From the human T2T-CHM13v2.0 reference genome, Homo sapiens: a DNA stretch of 64,000 nucleotides. Of the stretch, positions 1-12,649 are shown piece by piece. The position numbers and the translations under genes were made by a program. The notes under the pieces are model-generated. The model did not search any database and was not told the origin of the DNA. It worked only from the letters and a program-made list of their open reading frames with translations. Each line of letters starts with the position of its first letter. The stretch's first letter is position 1. The stretch is from NCBI RefSeq assembly GCF_009914755.1, contig NC_060937.1; one strand, 5' to 3'.

Positions 1-159
1 AGTCAGGTAAGCTCTGACCCTTTTATAAAATGTTTTTATAAGCAAATTTTTTTAACAATGTGTAACCCCTAGTTCCTTCATCAATGAAGCATAGATAATC
101 ACACTGGGCTACTGGGAATATTAAAAGAAGTAATGAATGCAACTATTAACATAATGAGA

Positions 160-800
160 AGTCCAGCACCTGGTTAAAAACCTATGTGTAACTTTTCAGG
201 CCAGACCTCAGGCAATGACAAAGCCTTTACCTGACAGGCCTCAGAGGGGTGAACTACCCTCCAAACACACCAGACTTGGTGCATAGCCAGTCCATTATAG
301 TCTTCAAGGGAAGTTACATCCAAGGACTCCAGCTGGTCATGCCGGTCATGCATATATGCTGTCACGCCTATTTACATTATTTGCTGCTAGCTCCAACACC
401 TTTATTCCTTTAGTCCTAGGCCTCTTATATGAGGCCTTGCACCTCGGATCACTTCAGACATCTCTACAGAGGCCTTTTTGTGGGAGAAGAAGAGGGAAAC
501 CTTGATCCTTCTCTCAATCTGACTCAGTAGTTAGTACTTTTCCACCCGTAGCCCTCCCTTCCTGGTACCTCCCGAAACCTCAGGGGCCATAACGCTGCCA
601 GAGTCTTTTATCTGGACTTCCTGAACAGCAAGATGACCTCCAGGTCTTCGCTGATCTACCTGGCCCCCACCTGTGTGTCATTGCATGGGGTAAAGACAAC
701 AGGGAGAGTTGCCCTTTACTCTAATGTTAGCCTCTTGATACTATCAATTCAACAATTGACTAAAGGCTTAACTCTCTCATTTTGGGCTTATTGCTTTAAC
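160..800. mobile_element. possible ERV internal-region remnant (family unresolved)
   Basis: Less AT-rich than background, with retroviral-internal-like texture next to an LTR; no diagnostic motif identified. Confidence 0.25.
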
Positions 801-811
801 TGACAACATCT

Positions 812-1316
812 TGTTAGGGGTGATAGTTACCCGTATGGGTCTACAGCAACCTCAGTTCTTGCCTTCTCAGAAGAAAGGATTCAACTGAGGGGCATAAGGC
901 AGAAAGAGAGACCGAAGCAAGTTTTAAAGCAGAAGTGAAAGTTTATTAAAAAGCTTTAGAGCAGTAAGAAAAGGAAGGTACACTTGGAAGAGGGCCAAGC
1001 AGGCAACTTGAACTTGAGACACCAAGTGCACAGCTTTACCTCTTTACTTGGGGTTTTTTACGTTGGCTTACTTCTGGGATCTTGCATTACTTCTCCCACT
1101 CCTGCAATCTTATTGGGAAGCTGCTGATCCATTTCAGTTATTTTCTATCTATTAGGAGACCGCCCTTCCCTGGCGCCAGCTGTGACCAATTATTACTTTA
1201 GAGAAACAGTTAATGACAGCCTGACCATCACCTGATGGTCGCCTGACACTCCTGATGTGTGTTGGGGGAAGCGCTCTCCTGCCCTGCTCATGGCTTACTA
1301 GCTACCTACTGTAACA
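812..1316 (-). mobile_element. solo ERV1-class (MER4-group-like) LTR
   Basis: Minus strand starts TGTTACAGTAGGTAGCTAG and ends CCCCTAACA; AATAAA on minus (tttatt ~942); flanks ATCT (808-811) and ACCT (1317-1320) fit a 4-bp TSD with one mismatch. Confidence 0.75.
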
Positions 1317-3477
1317 ACCTGGCAGATCAGCCTGTTCTCCCCCAAGCTGACCTGAGCAGAAACATAATGTCTTATCCAGAGTAAATATTTCTCAGTGGTT
1401 AAATTGAAACCCAGAAAAAAATTACAGAGGGTGAGACCCACAGAAATAGATTTGAGATGTAAGAAATATTGGTATCTATTACCTGACCATTATATCTACT
1501 GTGGAAATATGTTGAAAACTTATTGCCTACCTCAGAGTAGAAACTTAGTAGGAGATTCAGTAATGAACATGGATTTGAAATTCTGTGAGATTGAGCACTT
1601 CCTCACAATTGAAATTGAAGCTCCTATATAATCTTTATTGTCAGTGTTCTATTTGCAGTGATCTAATTGCCAAGGCCTGTCCCAGGCAATCTGGCATTGA
1701 ATCAAAAGACAGTGTATGTGCCTTTAAATCAATGGTTAATGCTAAAGTGGATATGGGATGTTATATTACTATTAGAAATATAATGCAAGTACTTCACAGA
1801 TTCATTAGAATTTTGTGTTTTTCTCCTGAGAAAACACAACATTCTGCTTCTATTCAGAATTAGATAACTATGATTAAAATATTTTGTTTTGTTTTCATCC
1901 AACCAGTAATTTCTCCCAAAATGTTATTCAGAAATAGTAACCTTCTTTAGTCTGAGACCCACTTATGCATACAAATACAAAAGACAATTAACAAACAAAA
2001 TAATGTGTTAACATATAATATGTATTGCATATAACCATAGACATACACTTAGGCATCTGTGAATATGAGTATACATGTATTAAAATATGTAAGATGCCCA
2101 TTCTCACATATAAATCTAAATATATTATATAGTAAGGCATATATTATGTTTTTGATACTATAAAATAGTTCTTATTATAAAATATTTCTTTTCTGATCGT
2201 ATATTTAGCAACATGTTTCTCTATACTAGAGCAGTAACCCAATTGTGCTGTTGATTTGCAAGTTACATATGTAATTAAATCACACATACCATGTTGAACA
2301 TACAATGCAGTTAAGAAGTACAGGTTCAGTTTTGGAGGAGGAAGCTGTTCTTGGAGAATTTCAATTCAAATCTTCAGGGAAATGAATACAATCAGAAGGA
2401 AGCAAACTACTTACCACATTATAAATGTAAACACAAATGTACATGTATATGTAGTTCACAAAGGAGTATATTTCCTTAAACTATTGAAGAGCAAACATTC
2501 TTCATATATTATCCACATCACACTATATTTATTTCAAACCACAAAATACTATTATATACAGTACTGTGTCATCTAATCTTAATAAATATAATATATTCAG
2601 GAACAATTTCCAATTCTGCCACGTACAAATGCCACTACCATAGGCAACATGTTCAATTATGTAAATTAATTGAGCAAATTGACCTACCGCTGAGACTTAG
2701 TAAAGGTGGTTATTCAAAGCCATAAACATTTTAATCAATCAAACCCATTTATCTACAGTAGGAAAAAAAAGACATAAAAATTTTAGGTTACTCTGTAGCT
2801 CCTAAAATGTGATTATATGATAGTGTCCATTATAACTTCTAGTACTATTACACATGAAAAGGTATGTCTCTTTCAAGCTAAGTAATCAGTGTGAAAAGGA
2901 AAAATATACTGAACCTAACAACGAAAGTTCAAATACTAATAATGGATATTCAACAATCAACAAATTTCAACAATTCAGTAAAATTAACATTTTTCTTCTA
3001 TTATAACAGCTATTGAAATAACTTCAGTGCTCCTAGTAAAAATTAAAAGTATGACATAGTAGGTTTCACAAACTTGTATAGATTTGTACTCGAGAATGCA
3101 CCTAATACTTCTTAGCATCTTCATGGAAGATTAAAGTTTTTGAAACAAAGGATTTGTTCTTTTAAAAACAGCAGTCCACGATGTCTTAAAGTAGAGACAG
3201 AGAGTAGAATTACAACTGTTATCAAAGATTATTCTCTAAGGTAGGTTATGTCACGAGACTGGAGTTATTCATTCTTTAGAGGAACTTCCAAAAATTATAT
3301 AGTATTTTAATCATTTAAATGTTGCTAAACACCATAGTAGAAAAAAGACCATATATTCAGTATATATATTTTTTATCAAATTTAATTTGGCATTGCATAT
3401 AGGCCAGGAAGAAAATTACAAATTGTCTGCAAATGAAAATGTAATAAGGACAAACTTCTCGAGATGTTTCAAAAGAA

Positions 3478-3592
3478 CTCTCTCTCTTTCTCCCCCCCCA
3501 TATATATCTCCCCCCCTCTCTCTATATATATACATATACACACACACATAATATATATAGCTCTATATATACATTTTTCATATATATACACA
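3478..3592. repeat. compound (CT)n/(TA)n/(CA)n microsatellite
   Basis: ctctctct, tatatata and cacacaca runs seen directly. Confidence 0.9.
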
Positions 3593-4539
3593 ATATCTTG
3601 ATGCTTTAGCAAAAGCTTGCTTTTCTTTTCATTGACATAAAGTAATATGACATTTTTACTTAGCTCTGGTTATATTTTACCTTTAGTATCTTAAAGTGAA
3701 CCTAAATCTACCTGAATAAAAAACTAAAGCATAGTATATGGCCAGGCAACCAATTAATAAGAGCTTATCGAGGGTATTTTAGTTAATTTCTTTTTAAATT
3801 TCTATATTCATTACTTCAGGAGAAGGTAAAATAAAACCTGGTTTATATTCATATAAATTTCAAACTATTTGAATAGGATAAAAATCTAAGAAGTTCTAAT
3901 AATTTATCAAATATAAGCATTACATAATTACATGTTATAATATAGAACAAAAAATATTGAAGTAGAAAGAAATTACTTTGTATTCAAGTAATTGAGGAAG
4001 TACCAATACAAGCCCTTAATTAATGAATGCCATTGGCTTTAGAAATAAAAAATTATAAATAAGAGAAGGAAGATGGAAGTGTGGTTAAGAAGGGAGTGAA
4101 AGATACAAAATGTTTTAGCCACATTTTAAGAATTAATCAGTTTACAACATAAATAAAATTTGAAAAATTTTAACTAAAACACTCAAAGAATGAGAAGTCA
4201 GTATGATATGCTGCTGAAATATGTGGAGACCGGTTTCTCTGAACACTGGGGCAGGAGGAAATAAAAAACACAAGTTGGATATATAAAATGGTGGCCAGAA
4301 CCATATCTGTAATAATTATTTTAAACCAATAGAAAAACTCGATCAAAGTGGGCTCTTATGATGTATTGGTGTACAATATAATTTTTTTAAAAAACATTAA
4401 ACAGATTCCTATTGTGTTTTAATATAAAGATCATTAATATATAAGTTGTAATAACATTCTTGGCCAGGACTAAAAAATGATACACTATAGTATAATTTTA
4501 AAAAATGGAATGAAATCAGAAAGCTTGATTGTGCTTTTT

Positions 4540-4780
4540 ACTTAGACCCTCATTTAATAACTCTTTATGTCCAAAATCTGCTACTCAAAAAGTTTTACTT
4601 TATCTAGTTAGTTAATATCTTTGTGTTCCGGTTCTCCATCTGCAAGAGGTTTTATAAAGCTACATACTTCCTAAGGTTAGTCTGTGGAGTACATTAAATA
4701 ATGCCTGTAAAGCATTCAGAATTCAGAACACGACATGTAGAAAGTACTTAATAAATATGAAGCTAATGTTATTGCTATTC
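4540..4780 (+). mobile_element. MIR SINE (diverged)
   Basis: MIR core-like text gttccggttctccatctgcaa ... ttaaataatgcctgtaaagcatt ... aagtacttaataaatat. Confidence 0.65.
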
Positions 4781-4889
4781 ACATCAACTCCTTAATTTTT
4801 ATTGGACTTTAAACTTTACCACTGAATATTATCCCATTTACTTGCCTCTTCACAGAAGTTATTCCTCCATACCCCTTGTAAGTAAACTT

Positions 4890-5430
4890 CAAAGAAAAAC
4901 AAACTTGCACTTGTTGACAAAGTTATGGGAAAATTGGTAGCTGTGAAAATTGGTAAAAGTGTTAGGGAAAAAATTCACAGCAGTATATATCACATGCCAT
5001 AAGAAAGTATGTATGTGTTGACTTTATATTACTATTTCAAAATGTAATTGAGAGCGATATATTCACAATGACACATAAATACAGTACATTACTATTGGGA
5101 GCAATTGAAATGTCCATGCAGAGGAAGGGTTAATTAAATTATAAATTATGGTAACCTACTCCTAATGACAAACTATATGCCTATTAGGGATGATAATCAG
5201 TCAAAATTTTATGGTATTTTTTGAGAAAAATAAAAAGGGTATGTTAAATGAAAAAGGCATTATAATAGAATAAAAATGCGCATTGTGATAATTTAGCAAT
5301 GAATGTATACGCATAAAAATACTAAGCAAATGCACACAAAATAAAATATTAGCTTTAGACAGGTGGAATAAATTATTTTTTTCTGTTTTCTAACATTCTG
5401 TAATGTCTACATTTTTTTCAAATAGAAAAT
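4890..5430 (+). mobile_element. old L1 (L1ME-like) 3' region
   Basis: Degenerate L1 3' motifs (gaaatgtccatgcagaggaagggttaattaaattat; ttaaatgaaaaaggc). Confidence 0.45.
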
Positions 5431-5669
5431 TATAATTCTATTTGACCTTGGTTGTTTAAAGACTCAATACTAACTCAATATTACCCTAAAAATATTAAAC
5501 TTCTTATTACGTCAGTCAAGTTATTTCGCCAGTTTGCCATAATCAACTCTCTAGGCTTACAATCTATCATACTAGTTCATGTGTATTATTTTTCTGTTAC
5601 ATAAAATTTCTCATTATTTTCCTAAATGTCATACATAGAAAGTTCTGCTGTTAGAATTTCAAACATGAC

Positions 5670-6185
5670 GTTATTTAATATCTCTGCCTCATTTTGCATA
5701 GCTGTAAAATAGGGATGGGTAAAATTATGTACATAATATGTTATGGGATTACAAAACGTAATTATGGACTGGGCACGGTGGCTCACGCCTATAATCCCAG
5801 CACTTTAGGAGGCCAAGGCAGGTGGATCTCTTTGGGTCAGGAGTTCCAAGCCAGCCTGGCCAACATGGCAAAATCCCGTCTCTACTAAAATACAAAAATT
5901 AGCCAGGCATGTTGGTGCATGCCTGTAATCCCAGCTATTCAGAAGCCTGAGACAGGAGACTCGCTTGAACCCTAGAGGCAGAAGTTGCAGTGAGCCGATA
6001 TCATGTCATTGCACTCCACCCTGGGCAACAGAGCAAGACTCCGTCTCAGAAAAAAAAAAAAGAAAGAAAAAAAAAGAGAGAGAGAGAGAAAAGAAAGAAA
6101 GAAAGAAAAAGAAAAATATATGTACAACATATATTTGTTGTTAGGATTGAAAGAGTTAATATAAACAAGTAATTAAAGCTATAAT
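5670..6185 (+). mobile_element. MIR fragment interrupted by an Alu
   Basis: atctctgcctcattttgcatagctgtaaaatagggat before the Alu; gttgttaggattgaaagagttaatata after it. Confidence 0.55.
5766..6115 (+). mobile_element. AluS (Sx/Sz-like) with A/GA-rich tail
   Basis: Dimeric Alu gggcacggtggctcacgcctataatcccagc...gactccgtctc, then poly(A) and (GA)/(GAAA)n. Confidence 0.97.
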
Positions 6186-6279
6186 TACCATAAGGATCTA
6201 GGTTTCATCATAATAGCTAAACTCCTTGAGCTCTTACTCTATTGAGAGTTTGTTCATTTTTATTCTTTTTAAGCATCTC

Positions 6280-6420
6280 CAGTATGCTTTTATTAATCTT
6301 CTCAAAGATCCCATGATATAGATGCTATTTTTCTACTAATTTATATATCACGGAATCTAGTCCCTGGTAATTTGAATAATTTACCTGTGGTTAAATAGCT
6401 AGGAAACAGAGCAAGACAAG
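6280..6420 (-). mobile_element. MIR fragment
   Basis: aatcttctcaaagatcccatga...aataatttacctgtggttaaatagctag resembles antisense MIR. Confidence 0.5.
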
Positions 6421-7430
6421 TGACTTTTGCCTTAATGCTAGGCATTTTTGTCCTTATTTTTTGTTGTTATCCAATTAGATATCAAGGTAAGAACGTAGTC
6501 AAATTTTCTGACTTACAGTTCAGTTTCTTTTCTATTATGACATACTGTATTATTTAGTGGTACTGAGCAAAAATATCACTACAATATATTTAGAAATAAT
6601 GTTTATATTAAAACAGATTTATACTCAACTTTTTAAGTTTACCTGTAATAAAATTATAAGTAATTAATTTCTCCTTTCAGATGATTTCTTTTTAAATTAG
6701 TGGAAGCTTCTGGTTTCCTGGGTAATGCATGAATTTCCGTTCCACAAAAAAGATAATATTATTTGTGCAAGGATAGATGAAAGAGATGTAGCACTTTTCC
6801 ATATTAATTGTTTTCAAGTGTACAATTAAATGGTATTAAGTACATTCATATTGTTGAGCAATCATCAATATCAGATATCTCCAGAACTCTCTTCATCTTA
6901 CAAAAGTAAAACTCTATATCCATCAAACAATAACTCTCCATTTCTCCCTCCCCGTAGCACTTGGCAACCACAATTCCATTTCCTGTCTCTATGAACTCGA
7001 CCACTCTACATACCTTATATAAATAAAATCAGATAGTGTTTGAGTTTTTGTTACCGTCTTGTTTCACTTAGCATAATGTCCTCAGCATAATGCCCTCAAG
7101 GTTCCTCCATGCTTGTGGCATATGATAGGCTATCATTTCTTTTTAAAGCTGAATAATATTCTGTTGTGCTTATTTTGTTTATTCATCTGCTGATGGACAC
7201 TTGAGTTGCTTTTACCTTTTGGCTATTGCGGATAATGCTGCTATCAATATGGGTATAAAAATATCTCTCTGTAACCTTGTGTATATACCTAGAAGTGGAA
7301 TTACTGAACCATATGTTAATGCTATTTTTAATTTATTGAGGAATTGCTATACTGTTTTCCACAGTGGCTGCACATTTTACATTACCACCAACAGTGCACA
7401 GGTGTTTTGATTTCTTCACATCCCTGCTAT

Positions 7431-8982
7431 TGAGAGGTGACAGCATGCTGGCAGCCCTTGCAGCCCTCGCTTGCTGTCCGTGCCTCCTCGGCCTCAGCAC
7501 CCATTCTGGCCGCACTTGAGGAGCCCTTCAGCCTGCCGCTGCACTATGGGAGCCCTTCTCTGGGCTGGCCGAGGCCGGAGCCGGCTCCCTCGGCTTGTGG
7601 GGACGTGTGGAGGGAGAGGCACGGGCAGGAACTGGGGCTGCCCGTGGCGCTTGGGAGGCAGCTAGAGTTCTGGGTGGGCGTCGGCTTGGCGGGCCCCGCA
7701 CTCCGGGCGGGCCCCGCACTCTGAGCGGCCAGCCAGCCCTGCTGGCCCCAGGCAGTGAGGGGCTTAGCACCCAGGCCAGCAGCCTGGGGCGCCCGGGAGG
7801 GTGCGCCCGGTTCCCCAGCAGTGCTGGCCCAGCCATGCTGTGCTCAATTTCTCCCCGGGCCTTAGCTGCCTCCCCGTGGGGCAGGGCTCAGGACCTGCAG
7901 CTCGCCATGCCTGAGTCTCCCCTACCCCACTGTGGGCTCCTGCATGGCCTGAGCCTCCCAGAACAGCACTGCCCCTGCTCCACGGTGCCCGGTCCCATCC
8001 ACCACCCAAGGGCTGAGGAGTGTGGGCACACAGTGCAGGACTGGCAGGCAGCTCCACCTGCAGCCCCAGTGCCAGAACCACTGGGTGAGGCCAGCTGGGC
8101 TCCTGAGTCTAGTGGAGACTTGGAGAACCTTTATGTCTAGCTAAGGGATTATAAATACACCAATCAGCACTCTATATCTAGCTCAAGGTTTGTAAACACA
8201 CCAATCAGCACCCTGTGTCTAGCTCAGGGTTTGTGGATGCACCAATCAGCACTCTGTATCTAGCTAATCTGGTGGGGGCTTGGAGAATCTTTATGTCTAG
8301 CTAAGGGATTGTGAATACACCAATCAGTACTCTGTATCTAGCTCAAGGTTTGTAAATGCACCAATCAGCACTCTGTGTCTAGCTAATCTAGTGGGGACAT
8401 GGAGAACTTTTGTGCCTAGCTCAGGGATTGTAAACGCACCAATCAGCACCCTGTCAAAATGGACCAATCAGCTCTCGGTAAAACAGACCAATCAGCTCTC
8501 TGTAAAATGGACCAATCAGCAGGATGTAGGTGGGGCCAGATAAGACAATAAGATCAGGCTGCCTGAGTCAGCAGTAGCAGGTGGTTGCAGTGGCTTTCTA
8601 TCTTGTGGAAGCTCTGTTCTTTTGTTGTTTGCAATAAGTCTTGCTACTGGTCACTGATTGGGTCCACACTGCCTTTGTGAGCTGTAACACCGCCAGAGTC
8701 TGCAGCTTTGCTCCTGAAGCTAGTGAGACCAGGAACCCACCGAAAGGAACGAGAAATTCCAGATGCGCCACTTTAAGAGTTGTAACACTCACTGTGAAGG
8801 TCTGCAGCTTCACTCCTGAGCCAGCCAGACCACCTACCCACCAGAAGGAGAAAACTGCGAACACATGTGAACATCAGAAGGAACAAACTCTGCACATGAT
8901 GCCTTTACTGTAACACTCACCATGAGGGTCTGCAGCTTCGTTCTTGAAGTCAGTGAGACCAGGAACCCACCAATTCTGGACA
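7431..8982 (+). mobile_element. solo LTR12 (ERV9 LTR, LTR12C/D-like)
   Basis: Starts TGAGAGGTGACAGCATGCTGGCAG; GC-rich U3; tandem CACCAATCAGCAC..TCTAGCT repeats; U5 repeats GTAACACTCAC..GGTCTGCAGCTTC; ends CCAATTCTGGACA; perfect TSD CTAT (7427-7430 / 8983-8986). Confidence 0.96.
8130..8560 (+). promoter_or_regulatory. LTR12 U3 enhancer/promoter with nine CCAATCAG (NF-Y) boxes
   Basis: CCAATCAG at ~8160, 8201, 8242, 8320, 8361, 8439, 8464, 8488, 8512; NF-Y binding of ERV9 LTRs is established; activity of this copy is unknown. Confidence 0.7.
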
Positions 8983-9152
8983 CTATCGCTTGTTTTCTGT
9001 TTCTTGAAATAGCCATGCTAACGAGTGTGAGGTTGTATATTATGGTGGTTTTGACTCACCTTTTCTAAATAGAGATGTTGGGTATCTTTTCATGTGTTTT
9101 TGTCTATGTGTATATTTTCTGTGGAAAAATGTCTCTTCAAGTTCCTGCCCAA

Positions 9153-9451
9153 TTTTTTTTTTTTTTTTTTTTGAGACGGAGTCTCACTATGTTTCCCAGA
9201 CTGGAGTGCACTGGCGCAATCTTGGCTCTCTGCAAGCTCTGCCTCCTGGGTTCACTCCATTCTCCCTGTCTCAGCCTCCCAAGTAGCTGGGGCTACAGGT
9301 GCCCACCACCGTGCCCGGCTAATTTGTGTGTGTGTGTGTGCTTTTAGTAGAGACAGGGTTTCACTGTGGTCTGGATCTCCTGACCCCGTGATGCGCCCGC
9401 CTTGGCCTCCCAAACTGGGGGAATTACAGGCGTGAGCCACTGCGCCCGGTT
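9153..9451 (-). mobile_element. AluY-like
   Basis: AluY-type tgcaagctctgcctcctgggttcac..ccattctcc; poly(T) at left; TSD gttc(c/t)tgccca(a/g)ttttt at 9141 and 9452. Confidence 0.93.
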
Positions 9452-9704
9452 GTTCTTGCCCAGTTTTTGAATGGGGTCATTTGGTTTTTGTTGAGTTTTG
9501 GGAATTCTCTATATATTCTGAAAATTAATTCCTCATTAGACATGTAATTTGCAGGGTTTTCTTTTCATTTTGGGGGATGTCTTTTTACTTGTTGATAGTA
9601 TATTTTGATGTACATTTTTAATTTTTATAAAGTCCAGTTAGTCTTTATTGTTCCTTTGTTGCCTATGCCTTCGGTGTCACATCCAATACATTTTCTGTTC
9701 TTTC

Positions 9705-9800
9705 TTTTTCAATCTAAGTATGTCTTTGGAACTGAAGAGAGCCTCTTAATAAACAGCATATAGTTCAATCATGCCTTTCTTTTTAATCTGTTGTGCCCAG
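9705..9800 (-). mobile_element. L1 ORF2 5' fragment (old)
   Basis: aatcta..tatgtctttg..gagcctctt..aaacagcatatagtt resembles antisense L1 endonuclease start region. Confidence 0.5.
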
Positions 9801-12204
9801 TTATATTTCTTATACATGAAGTATAAACTTACACAAACTCGTTGTTTTTAATATTTTCTATTCTATACATACAACAGTGAAAATGTTTGCAAGTCCAATG
9901 ATTTATTTAGGACTCAGGTAGTTCTTCATATGCTGCAATTCACTTCTTTAGTTTCTTGAGAACATTCAAGGAAGTCCCTGTACTGAATCAGCACAATGGT
10001 TGGACTAGAAATTTTCAGCAATCTCCTGCACTTTTGACATTCTCCAAATTAATAAATTGACGTGGAGGAATATTTACAAAATTTCTTGCTCTAAAAGTGC
10101 ATATACCTGATGTGGAAGTTGAAAGAAACATACTATAGACAAAGATAACCACCATGGTAGGTCCCAACTAAATAGCAAAGAGTTATTCAGACTCAGGAAA
10201 ATGGATTCAGTTAACAATAAAATTAAAATAAAAAATTAATGAATAAAACCAAAAAGTGAAAATCTCCACCAATAGAACATTTCAGACAGACCCAATAGGA
10301 TTGCCAGCCTGACCGGTTCACTCTATTACCATTGATAAGCTACATAAGGAGCAAAAGCCTCTTGAGATTGTTCGGTGAAGATAAAATGTGAAAAAAAAAT
10401 GTTAGTAATGCAAGTCAAAGGTATATTGTCAGGCTCTGAAAACCGATGCCTTAGGTCCTAAGGTACATAGCTCCACCATAGGGTTATACTTGGCAGAAAA
10501 ATCAGATGGTAGCATTAGTCTGGTAAGGCATTCTTTCTCCTATACAGGGTTTCATTAGATAAAACCCTTCTGACTAATTTAATATTTCTGCATAGACTCT
10601 GTCCTTGAACATTACATTAACTTATAATTGTATTCTCTCTTTTTTTTAGACAGACTTGAGTTATTAAGGGACAGTCCTTAATGTACCTTATACTCAAATA
10701 ATATGAACTTAAATTCTCCAACCTATTTGAGTATTTTTAGATTTCTGATAGGATGTGGTGAATTGTGTCACTTATCCTGTCTGCACTTCTATGATATATT
10801 TCTAAAACAACCTGCACCTTGGGATGCTGTCGTAAGTTACAAATGTCATTTGTCTCACATAAGAAGACAGCAACAATATTGATCATTACTCAGGATAAAT
10901 AAGTGTTTGAAATGTAACCCTTCCCCTGTGTGACAATATGTAATGTGGGTTCTACAAAGGTGGGGCAGAAAGAGCAATTGTTCAACCTATGGAAGGATAA
11001 TTACTGGAATACAGGAGGAGTCCATTGTAAGGCTGCAGGGACACCCACATCTTGGCTGCTGAGGGCGCCTAAAGCTTTGAGAATATCTCTGCTTTACAGA
11101 GTAGAGAATATATTATTCAGGTCAGTCGGTCTAATATGATGGACCAAATTGAGCACTTTCAATTTCAGACTTATTTACACTGACAAGACATTTTAAAGTA
11201 AGGGATTACTAGTGTTTGAAGCTGGGAAAATTGGTCCCCATTTTAAAACCAGATAGCTTATCCTTGCTATTACAGGCCTCATCCTCAAGTTGGTTTTATT
11301 TAAGCAGTTTAACATTAATAGACTTATTTGAGCAAAGGACGTATTTGAGGTTGATGTATGCTCAGAAAAAGTCATTTCAATATCACATGGTCATGCCTAC
11401 TTTGAGCATTTATTTTAATGGCTCAGAAATGAAAAAGCTACAAAATCTATCAGTAATCAAAATCTACAAAATTTATTGAGAAGTTACAGATTAATGGTCA
11501 GTCCTAATTAAAGGATGATAGGTAGGTAGATAGATACTAAACATGCATATAACTATACATATATATATACCACTGATATTTGTTTCCTATATCTGATTGG
11601 TAAGATACTATTACTTGTATTACCTTATGTTAGATAATACTCTTATACTGCCCCTTCATTTTTGAAATAATTCAGTTTATAACATGGTAATACGTTGTAG
11701 AAGTGGTTGCTGTTAAAATTGTTATTGGAAGTTGTAGTTCTATGAACTGGTTGACAATTTAGGTTTCTATAGAGCATAGCTACTAAAACCAATACAAAAA
11801 ATAAAAATTCTGGATAAAAAGCATAAAATTTTGTTGGTATAAATTTTAGAGCTGAGTTTATTTTTTTTTTAATTTTTCTTCTCTTATAGAATTTTCTAAG
11901 ACATTATTTTATTTCATTGTAGATTTCTCCATTATATTTCTCAATCATTTCTTATGTTTTCTGGCACAGGTACATTTGTCCACAGTGCTGTATTTGCTTT
12001 CACAGACTTTAAGAAAAAAATTCATTTTTGAGAAAGGATGGTAGGGATTATCACCTCAATCAACACATAATTTATCTTATTATGCATGATTTGGATATGA
12101 AAATATTTAAAATGATTATAGAACTGTGAAGCAGTATGCCCTGAATAAGTTTCTTCCTCTGTGTTAAAACTCCAGAATATTTTTGATCATTCTCCAATCA
12201 TGAT

Positions 12205-12400
12205 GATAAACACCATTAATTTTTGAACACTTATTTCCCAGAAACCTTAAATATATTGTCCTTTACATTTCTCACATCAGCTTTGTAAACTTGATATTAT
12301 TGTCCTCACAGTACAGATGAGGAAACAGAGATTCAAATCAATTTTCCTAAAATTATAATTTTTAAGAGACAGTAGCAGGAATCAATCTTAATAAAAATGT
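12205..12400 (-). mobile_element. MIR SINE
   Basis: tattattgtcctcacagtacagatgaggaaacagagattca, the antisense MIR core. Confidence 0.75.
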
Positions 12401-12649
12401 GATTTTTTCACCCTTGCTTTCTGGTTATTTTGTCTCAGTAGAAATTACACTGTTGAACATAATGGAAGTGGAAACTACAGAACAAAGTCCACGTAATAAA
12501 CAACTACATTCTTTCTGCTCCACACATAGCATATACTTGGTAAATACATGCCAGTTTTTTCTGTCTCACAGATACTGTGTGTCAATGTTCACTCTCACAG
12601 TCACTCTCAGGGCTGGTTGTCTCTGATTATTAGCAAACTTAGGTCAAGA

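Larger units (their letters stand above)
6795..9690 (-). mobile_element. L1MB-like 3' end/ORF2 remnant, split by LTR12 and AluY
   Basis: Antisense L1 3'UTR (aagtgtacaattaaatggtattaagtacattc...) continues after the LTR (aatagccatgctaacgagtgtgagg) and after the Alu (attctctatatattctg...ttcggtgtcacatcc). Confidence 0.85.

Noticed and set aside
8130-8520. Regularly spaced ~40-bp repeats resembling a CRISPR array
   Set aside because: Standard LTR12 U3 tandem repeats with no unique spacers; eukaryotic context
7333-9016. Cluster of overlapping ORFs up to 181 aa
   Set aside because: All lie within the GC-rich LTR12, where stop codons are scarce; no protein domain recognised
5766-9451. Inverted Alu pair (AluS + / AluY -) as a dsRNA source
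   Set aside because: About 3 kb apart, different subfamilies, commonplace, and no evidence of transcription
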